From a virus, in the IMG/VR virus record IMGVR_UViG_3300024239_000132, positions 1 to 64,000 of that record: 64,000 nucleotides of DNA, one strand, 5' to 3'. This document shows, piece after piece, positions 58,195 through 64,000 of this stretch. A model generated the notes under the pieces. It saw only the letters and a program-made list of their open reading frames with translations. It had not been told where the DNA came from and searched no databases. The translations under genes and the position numbers were made by a program. Positions within the stretch are counted from its first letter, which is position 1; every line of letters starts with the position of its first letter.

Positions 58195-58445
58195 TTTTGC
58201 AGGGTCTTGGAAAATTGCCGATTGAAGTACCCGGTCATCCACTCTGCCTGGATCAGGAGAGCTCGCTGTACTGGTGTTGGCTCGATGAACTGGATGACGG
58301 GGATAGCTTCTTGCTCCTGTCTATCAGGAGCATTGGGACATTCATTGCCCAGAGCAAAGCGGATCTCGGTGTCGAGAGCCTTGCAGTGCTTGCACTGTAA
58401 GTGAAAGCCCTCGACCTCCGACGGCACCATTTCGTGGTCTGCCAT
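58191..58445 (-). CDS. Hypothetical protein
   Basis: CKHC..EC; coupled. Confidence 0.55.
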   Translation of the reverse strand: MADHEMVPSEVEGFHLQCKHCKALDTEIRFALGNECPNAPDRQEQEAIPVIQFIEPTPVQRALLIQAEWMTGYFNRQFSKTLQK

Positions 58446-58447
58446 GG

Positions 58448-58681
58448 TCAGTCCTCCGGATCATCAACTTCGGAGGATTCGATGGTCCATCCGGTGGCTT
58501 CATTGATCGCACTGGTGGCGCCTTCTTCGGATTGAACCGTGTTCCAGGCTTCGACTTCATCTTCCTCAGGGCTGAGGCTGATCGATACGTAATCCTGAGC
58601 TGCCTGAAGTGCTTCGGATTCCGAATCAGCTTCGACGATTACGGAGATTGAGGCTGTGATGCCTACGGTGAAATTCGCCAT
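58448..58681 (-). CDS. Acidic hypothetical protein
   Basis: AGGAG SD; VEADSESEALQAA motif. Confidence 0.65.
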   Translation of the reverse strand: MANFTVGITASISVIVEADSESEALQAAQDYVSISLSPEEDEVEAWNTVQSEEGATSAINEATGWTIESSEVDDPED

Positions 58682-58742
58682 TGTGGTGCTCCTAGAGCTG
58701 TAGTTTTCCTCTTGGTTCCCGGATTCGTTGACCGAAAGCCGA

Positions 58743-58776
58743 GAAAAAAGAGGACCACCCCTTGTGAGGGTGGTCC
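58743..58776 (-). terminator. Terminator after RNAP II subunit 2
   Basis: GGACCACCCT-CACA-AGGGGTGGTCC-type stem followed by TCTTTTTT on -. Confidence 0.8.
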
Positions 58777-58887
58777 GATAGTCAAGGGAGAGTGCCTGAA
58801 GGCATTTTCTGTTTAGCCAGACGCAAAGTTTGCGCAAGCTATTTTTGGGATTGTTCCGTCATTAGACGTAGAAACCCGCAGATTGTA

Positions 58888-60093
58888 TCAGGAAAGTGAG
58901 TAGTTGGACGCCGCAATGTCCGCGGCAAGCGTCGGATCGAGCTTACCAATCTGGACTTTGCGTCCAATCAGCTGGCTGATGATGCTGGAGAGCAGCTCTG
59001 ATTCTGCAATCATCTGGAGCTGGAGATTGTACTGCCGGCGCAGATCGTTGGCGTAGTGGGGCAGACAGCGGAAGCAGTCATGGATGGGCATGACGCTGAA
59101 CGGCTTGTTCGGGAGGCTGTTGAGCAGCTTGCGAATTACCGCGGCATCGACATGACCAAGGTTGTCCTCATTGAGGTGATCCAGGATGCGAGCCGAGAGG
59201 TATCCCGTTTCGAGGTAGTTGGTCCACAAGGTGCAGACCATCTTGTCATCCTTGGTTCGGTTGAATGTGCCACGAGGCCCTGAGTGAATGGCATCAGCGA
59301 TCATGTCGACCTTACGCTGGTCATAAGAGCAGCGACGGACGATCTCACGCACGATCATGCCATCAATGGAGTGAACCATGTTGGCGCCGAGAGCCCTGCC
59401 CTCTGGCATGGGCTGGTTCACCTTGTAGCTGATCTCGATCGGCTGCTCGTCGAAGTGAATCGTCTCATAGACGGTATCCATGACCTTGGTTCGAACGTGG
59501 AAATTGTCCGGGAGAACCCAGTCATGGCTAAGTGTTGTGGGATTCCACAGATCTCGCATGGTCTCATTGAGTTCCCAGGCAGCTGGGCAGAATTCCTTGA
59601 GGATATCGTAGAAGAGCTCGAGGAGCTCACCTTCTCCGAAGATCTTCTTGGGCATGGCAGTGGAGCTATAGAGCGAGGTCATAATCGCTTGCTTGGTATC
59701 GCTCCGCTTGATCTTGGCATTGCCACCTGAGCGCTGGAGCATCAGGTCATAGATATTGGTGTAAGCGTCCTCACGGTGGCCAGTGTCGACGACATTGCAG
59801 AGCTCGGCAGCTGAGCGATCACCGGTAAGGCAAGCAAGAATCTGAAGCCCACTGGAAGTGGCATCGAGACCCACGCAGTAGCCAATAGGCAGACCCTTCT
59901 GAACCTCCCTGTACGCCTTTACAGCGGCGAAATAGAGGGCAGGTTCTTCTGCCTGGGTCATCAGGCTCTCGAGGTGAGGCTCATTGGCCTCGAACCAGGC
60001 AAGGCGATCGTCCCAGTCGAGCTTGTCGTGGCCCATGTGGTTGGCGATATCGATCTGAAGGTACTGCTTTCCGGTGAAGAGTTGCATGGTCAT
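58888..60093 (-). CDS. RNA polymerase II subunit 2 (N4 gp16-like)
   Basis: YLQIDIAN..DKL; GLDATSSGLQI; ANMVHSIDG; IHDCF. Confidence 0.95.
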   Translation of the reverse strand: MTMQLFTGKQYLQIDIANHMGHDKLDWDDRLAWFEANEPHLESLMTQAEEPALYFAAVKAYREVQKGLPIGYCVGLDATSSGLQILACLTGDRSAAELCNVVDTGHREDAYTNIYDLMLQRSGGNAKIKRSDTKQAIMTSLYSSTAMPKKIFGEGELLELFYDILKEFCPAAWELNETMRDLWNPTTLSHDWVLPDNFHVRTKVMDTVYETIHFDEQPIEISYKVNQPMPEGRALGANMVHSIDGMIVREIVRRCSYDQRKVDMIADAIHSGPRGTFNRTKDDKMVCTLWTNYLETGYLSARILDHLNEDNLGHVDAAVIRKLLNSLPNKPFSVMPIHDCFRCLPHYANDLRRQYNLQLQMIAESELLSSIISQLIGRKVQIGKLDPTLAADIAASNYSLS

Positions 60094-60106
60094 GGTTCGG
60101 TTTCCT

Positions 60107-60298
60107 TCAGTGTTCGACTTCAGCAGATATAAAAGAGGTGACGCCAGCTGGCGGCTGTATTCCGAGACCTCGAATGAGATGGTATCCGCTGCCCTGATGC
60201 TTGAGCACGATGCCGTACCTGTCCCAGACACCTGGGAAGACGACACGCTGACCCGGTTGGGCAGTGGTGCGGAGCTGGTAGAGAAATCCGTGAGCCAA
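60107..60298 (-). CDS. Hypothetical protein
   Basis: AGGAG SD followed by TTG start. Confidence 0.55.
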   Translation of the reverse strand: MAHGFLYQLRTTAQPGQRVVFPGVWDRYGIVLKHQGSGYHLIRGLGIQPPAGVTSFISAEVEH

Positions 60299-60318
60299 GG
60301 TGGACTCCTGTTGGCAAT

Positions 60319-60352
60319 AAAAAGCCGACCGTCAGGGGGACTGGCGGCCGGC
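60319..60352 (-). terminator. Rho-independent terminator
   Basis: GCCGGCCGCCAG..CTGACGGTCGGC followed by TTTTT on -. Confidence 0.75.
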
Positions 60353-60434
60353 GTGTGTGGCTATGATGTGTGGTTTGATTAACGCATGATCAGTCTCCTG
60401 GGTTTGAGCGAGTGCCGAACCAAGAAAAGGACTA

Positions 60435-60683
60435 TCACTGAACCTCGGGCAATTCGTCGGTCCACCAAGCTAAGAGATGAGGTCCTTTCAGAATGACATC
60501 CAGAGGTGGTACAGCAGGTATGTGGAATATCCTTTCGGGAATTCTGTCCGCTTCTTCCTCGATGTCATCTATTACCCAGTCAGCTTGCTTCCATAAGTAC
60601 GCAGCCTCATTCGGAGTATTGGCCCAGACTAGGCCATCGTAGTTTTCCCGCCCTACTTGTTTCATTACAATGTAAAGGTTCAT
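60435..60683 (-). CDS. Hypothetical protein
   Basis: Coupled early-type gene. Confidence 0.6.
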   Translation of the reverse strand: MNLYIVMKQVGRENYDGLVWANTPNEAAYLWKQADWVIDDIEEEADRIPERIFHIPAVPPLDVILKGPHLLAWWTDELPEVQ

Positions 60684-60904
60684 CAGCTGTCCTTGCGTCC
60701 GAGGATCTCATAGACATGATCCCACAGGGCTCGATCGACGATCCGTCGGTCCCCGAAGAACCAGACTGAGACAACATCCTGGCGCCATATGCCATCATCT
60801 CCCATTACGAGAGCAGGAGCTCCCGGAACACCGAATACGGGCTCGGAGATGATGTGACCTTCACAGGTCAAGGGCGAGTCATTGGTGTTGAGTTGAGTAG
60901 CCAT
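60683..60904 (-). CDS. Hypothetical protein
   Basis: Coupled. Confidence 0.6.
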   Translation of the reverse strand: MATQLNTNDSPLTCEGHIISEPVFGVPGAPALVMGDDGIWRQDVVSVWFFGDRRIVDRALWDHVYEILGRKDS

Positions 60905-60906
60905 GA

Positions 60907-61155
60907 TTAATCTCGCTTAGGTGGGAGATAGCTGATCAGATTCTCGATCTGATCCAGGCGAGTACGCAGCATTTGCAGGTTCTCAGGGGTGGCTTCACCC
61001 AAAGGAACCAGGGCCTCTACAGAGTCACCATTCATGTGTTTGATTGAGAGCTGTCGATCAGCGTCGACGACGAGGTAGCTGGCTTGCCTACCCTTCAGAA
61101 AGAATCTGAAGGAGGCTGAACCAGGCTCCTGCTTGAGGAGTCGGAGAGCGACCAT
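60907..61155 (-). CDS. Hypothetical protein
   Basis: In operon. Confidence 0.55.
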   Translation of the reverse strand: MVALRLLKQEPGSASFRFFLKGRQASYLVVDADRQLSIKHMNGDSVEALVPLGEATPENLQMLRTRLDQIENLISYLPPKRD

Positions 61156-61158
61156 AAT

Positions 61159-61329
61159 TCATGCTCGGTGTCTGGTATTCATGGGTATGGGCTTCGGTTG
61201 AGCCCTGATTGGTCTGGCCCTTAGGGCATCAGACTTGAACTTTGAAGGTTTAATTCTCCTTTGTGATCCTGCTCCACGTTCAGTGAGTATGATCTGAACC
61301 AGAAAGTGAAGCAGGATATCGGTGGTCAA
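61159..61329 (-). CDS. Small basic hypothetical protein (56 aa; not in ORF track)
   Basis: CAGGAG SD followed by TTG; fills the gap after RNAP subunit 1. Confidence 0.4.
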   Translation of the reverse strand: MTTDILLHFLVQIILTERGAGSQRRIKPSKFKSDALRARPIRAQPKPIPMNTRHRA

Positions 61330-61359
61330 GGTGGATCACTCCTGAGAATTGTCAGGAGT

Positions 61360-62205
61360 TTATTCCACTAGCTCCTTGTCAGCAAGCTGGACTACGGCCT
61401 TGTTCCAGCTCGTGCCCATGTACGAAATGAAATAGCCCTGACAGTACGTCCGACCTCGCTTGTCGTACTTGTGGGTGAGGTAGAAGCTGTTGCCTAAGGA
61501 CAGGATCTTGCCGATCACTTCCTTGGCTCCGCGGTCGTATTTTTCAAACGCACGGACACGCTTTTGGAAGTCGGTCTTGGACTCGCCTTCCTTGGGCTTG
61601 TCGAGGTTACGCCACTCATTGCGAACCAGGAATGCCGTACCCTCGTCGATCGAGAAGCGGATCTTGTTCATGCGATTGATGTGGTCGAGGCACACATCGT
61701 CATCATGATGGTTCTGCTTCAGGATGATCGAGCCACGGGCAGTGAGGTAGCCGGTCTCACGGTTGTTGGTTACCGGCTCTGGTTCGATGACCATAGGCAG
61801 TGGGAACTGGTACTTGGCAATCTCTTCGTGGACTTCAGGCCCTACGTCGAACTCCATGATGAACTTGCCGGTGATCTCGTCATAAGTGACCAGATCAACC
61901 TCGGCACACTTGTAGAGCATGTCAGCAGCCAGCTGGCTGGCATTGTGAAGAGGCTCGAAGTGCTTACGCAGGATGCCCACCAGAGTGCTGACATCAGCAC
62001 GCTTGTGCAGGACCATCTGAACCAGAAGTTCGATACCGAACTCTGGCAGGATCGAGTGCTCCTTCATGTGGGCTACGAAATCTTCCTCCTCGCACTCAAG
62101 GAATTCCTTGCGAATGCGTGGGAGGAGCTGGTTCTTCGAATAAAGGTGCTCCAGCTCCATCTGGAGATCCAGACGAGCAGCGTCGATGTCGGTTCTAGCG
62201 AGCAA
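61360..62205 (-). CDS. RNA polymerase II subunit 1 (N4 gp15-like)
   Basis: YQFPLPMVIEP..GYLT..GSIIL; YLTHKYDKRGRTYCQGY. Confidence 0.95.
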   Translation of the reverse strand: MLARTDIDAARLDLQMELEHLYSKNQLLPRIRKEFLECEEEDFVAHMKEHSILPEFGIELLVQMVLHKRADVSTLVGILRKHFEPLHNASQLAADMLYKCAEVDLVTYDEITGKFIMEFDVGPEVHEEIAKYQFPLPMVIEPEPVTNNRETGYLTARGSIILKQNHHDDDVCLDHINRMNKIRFSIDEGTAFLVRNEWRNLDKPKEGESKTDFQKRVRAFEKYDRGAKEVIGKILSLGNSFYLTHKYDKRGRTYCQGYFISYMGTSWNKAVVQLADKELVE

Positions 62206-62437
62206 TGATACTCTCCTTCAGCTTATCTCGTAGGGATGCTTTGAGGTAGCGACGCTTGAAACCCATGAGTTCACGGGTGGCATCTGCTGCATCGATGGCT
62301 TCTTTGGTCTCAGCTGAGCCAAATTCGCCTATCATCATTTTTCGATGACTGACCCGTCTCTCGAAATCCTCGATAGACACATGCTCCCAAGCGACCTCCT
62401 CGACAGTCTTCGAGGCCATGTCTGATCGGACGGTCAT
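62195..62437 (-). CDS. Hypothetical protein
   Basis: Coupled early gene. Confidence 0.55.
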   Translation of the reverse strand: MTVRSDMASKTVEEVAWEHVSIEDFERRVSHRKMMIGEFGSAETKEAIDAADATRELMGFKRRYLKASLRDKLKESIIAR

Positions 62438-62736
62438 GGATCTGTCCCTTCAGCGTACATGTTGAACCCTGCCCAGTAGCCTTCTGGTTCTCCTTTCGAA
62501 TATGAAATGGACACAACATCTCGGTGAGCTCTGGCAAGTTTGCCGGCTCTGCTGATGATGTCTTTGGTCTTGTTGTTGAGCGGTCGATCCCCGATCCATA
62601 AATGGATGTTCACACCGTCAGGACCTGCAAGCTCAGTATCGTAGGGGATTGGATCTTCCCCTTTGAGCCAGATGGTTCCTTCAGCTTTGGTGTTGGGATT
62701 GGGGATCTGGATGGGACTGCGAGAAGCCCGTCTCAT
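62434..62736 (-). CDS. Hypothetical protein
   Basis: ATGA overlaps at both ends. Confidence 0.55.
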   Translation of the reverse strand: MRRASRSPIQIPNPNTKAEGTIWLKGEDPIPYDTELAGPDGVNIHLWIGDRPLNNKTKDIISRAGKLARAHRDVVSISYSKGEPEGYWAGFNMYAEGTDP

Positions 62737-62918
62737 GCTGCATGTCCGCGGATAAGGGCATCGACGATCAGCTGTCGACGGCGCTTCTCTGCTGCCACTT
62801 TGGAGATGAGACCAGGATTGCATTGAACCAGGTAGGGATAGCTCCCTTGGGTCGTGTGTCCTGCTTTCAGGGTGATGAGGTCATCACTGCGAAAGGTGAA
62901 TGGAAAGATGTTGGTCAT
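62733..62918 (-). CDS. Hypothetical protein
   Basis: Coupled. Confidence 0.55.
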   Translation of the reverse strand: MTNIFPFTFRSDDLITLKAGHTTQGSYPYLVQCNPGLISKVAAEKRRRQLIVDALIRGHAA

Positions 62919-63106
62919 GCTTCACCTGATTCGACTACGTCGACCCACTCAATACGGCATTCTCCGTCATGAGCTTCGCAGTAACTGCCTTTGTCGAAGG
63001 TAGTGGAAAGTTCCCATTGATTGGTCTCGAGGTTCCAGGATGCATAAGCATCAGCGAGTACCTCATCGCTCCCACACGAGGAGCATACAGGTTTTTGTTT
63101 GGTCAT
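62915..63106 (-). CDS. Zn-ribbon hypothetical protein
   Basis: CSSCGS..ADAYASWN..WEL..YCEAH. Confidence 0.65.
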   Translation of the reverse strand: MTKQKPVCSSCGSDEVLADAYASWNLETNQWELSTTFDKGSYCEAHDGECRIEWVDVVESGEA

Positions 63107-63128
63107 GATCTTATCCTTGGTTCAGAGC

Positions 63129-63147
63129 CCAAGAGGCGCGAAGCGCC
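63129..63147 (-). promoter_or_regulatory. N4 vRNAP hairpin promoter (template = plus strand, +1 at 63130)
   Basis: CC-AAGA-GGCGC-GAA-GCGCC matches N4 early promoter geometry (G-8, C-9, GAA loop); intergenic, upstream of the RNAP II operon. Confidence 0.8.
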
Positions 63148-63153
63148 AGGGCA

Positions 63154-63348
63154 TTAGGGAACCAGAAGCCGAACTGTATCGATCGCTCTGCCTAAGGCAT
63201 CGAACACGGCATCTTCAGGAAAGCGTCTGAGCATCTCCTGAAACATGTTCCATCTTATATCCTGGGCTGCCCTGTTATCCAGCCAGTCGGGGAACAGGTA
63301 GGGATAATGCTCGTATTCCAGAGCGAGTTCATCGAGGCTTTTGGTCAT
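63154..63348 (-). CDS. Early small protein, paralog family member 4
   Basis: MTKSLDELALEY.. Confidence 0.6.
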   Translation of the reverse strand: MTKSLDELALEYEHYPYLFPDWLDNRAAQDIRWNMFQEMLRRFPEDAVFDALGRAIDTVRLLVP

Positions 63349-63539
63349 TGACCCATCAAGGCTTTGATCTCGTACCATCGCTCGATCGCTCTCTTGGTGG
63401 CCTTCTTCCCATGAAGCCGGATCATCTTAAGATAGATCTGGTCACGGGTGTTGTGGCTTTCCAACCATTTCCAGTCGGCCACTGGTTTTGTGAATACGAA
63501 GCGTTTCGCCAAGAGCTCAAGGTCTTTGTTGGCTTTCAT
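63345..63539 (-). CDS. Early small protein, paralog family member 3
   Basis: DLELLAKRF..MIRLHG..RAIER..LMG. Confidence 0.6.
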   Translation of the reverse strand: MKANKDLELLAKRFVFTKPVADWKWLESHNTRDQIYLKMIRLHGKKATKRAIERWYEIKALMGQ

Positions 63540-63700
63540 AGTCCCATCAGCTTTCTGATTACTTGAGCTCTACGAATGGCGTCTGCGGCTGCTTGGCTGC
63601 CATAAAGGACATCCATTCTTTGGCGTCGGTTCCATTTTTCAGTGACGCTCTTGGAGCAGCAATATTCAGCAGCCAGTTGATCAAGATCAGGCTTGCTCAT
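63536..63700 (-). CDS. Early small protein, paralog family member 2
   Basis: DLDQLAAEY..MDVLYG..DAIRR..LMG. Confidence 0.6.
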   Translation of the reverse strand: MSKPDLDQLAAEYCCSKSVTEKWNRRQRMDVLYGSQAAADAIRRAQVIRKLMGL

Positions 63701-63879
63701 TGCTTGGCTCCGATGAGCTCGAAAACATGACGCATCCTTCTGATGGCCCTGTCTGTCTCGACACCACCGAATACACCGCACATCTGTGCATAGAGGGTGA
63801 TACTATGGTGTACCGAGATCGATGGATCGAGGTACTTGGCAGCCAGTTCTTCGAGGGATTCTCGCTTAGCTTTTGCCAT
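63697..63879 (-). CDS. Early small protein, paralog family member 1
   Basis: SLEELAAKY..MCGVFG..RAIRR..LIG. Confidence 0.6.
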   Translation of the reverse strand: MAKAKRESLEELAAKYLDPSISVHHSITLYAQMCGVFGGVETDRAIRRMRHVFELIGAKQ

Positions 63880-64000
63880 GGTGAGATAACCTTGCCATCA
63901 GCTGCCGACCGCTCTCGCTACGCTTCGCGATCTGGCAGCTTGAATGCCTGGTGAAGAGGGATGTGTAGTAGGCAACAGTTTTGCCTGTCACATCCTTCCT

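Larger units (their letters stand above)
1..64000. mobile_element. N4-like (Schitoviridae-type) bacteriophage genome segment, probably temperate
   Basis: Giant vRNAP, split RNAP II, and N4-order portal/MCP/replication genes; integrase and attP present; no host housekeeping genes in the window. Confidence 0.97.

Overview
This window is about 64 kb of an N4-like podovirus genome (Schitoviridae architecture); the host is probably an alphaproteobacterium, inferred from the tRNA-Val fragment. 1-27.2 kb (+) is the late region in N4 gene order: head-tail adaptor (partial), SGNH-esterase tail fibre, lysis cassette (two membrane proteins, GH19 endolysin, i/o-spanin), portal, scaffold-like protein, major capsid protein, structural/ejection proteins and a 3452-aa virion RNA polymerase. 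27.4-64 kb (mostly -) holds middle and early genes: RuvC-like resolvase, SSB, HNH, Sak4-like ATPase, primase, Cas4-like nuclease, family A DNA polymerase, Dda-like helicase, ThyX, dCTP deaminase, MoxR ATPase/vWA peptidase and the two-subunit RNAP II. Unusual elements: (1) an integration module (tyrosine integrase, Xis-like gene, attP with the 3' half of tRNA-Val(CAC) and arm-type repeats), pointing to a temperate N4-like phage; (2) a foreign-looking small-gene island left of attP that ends in a tRNA-like RNA and other structured elements; (3) a second receptor-binding operon in inverted orientation; (4) an N4-type hairpin promoter driving an antisense 20-aa hydrophobic peptide; (5) a multi-stem element after the vRNAP gene; (6) four tandem diverged early paralogs. 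No rIIA/rIIB genes are seen at their usual position. All calls come from motif recognition and synteny by eye; no searches were run.
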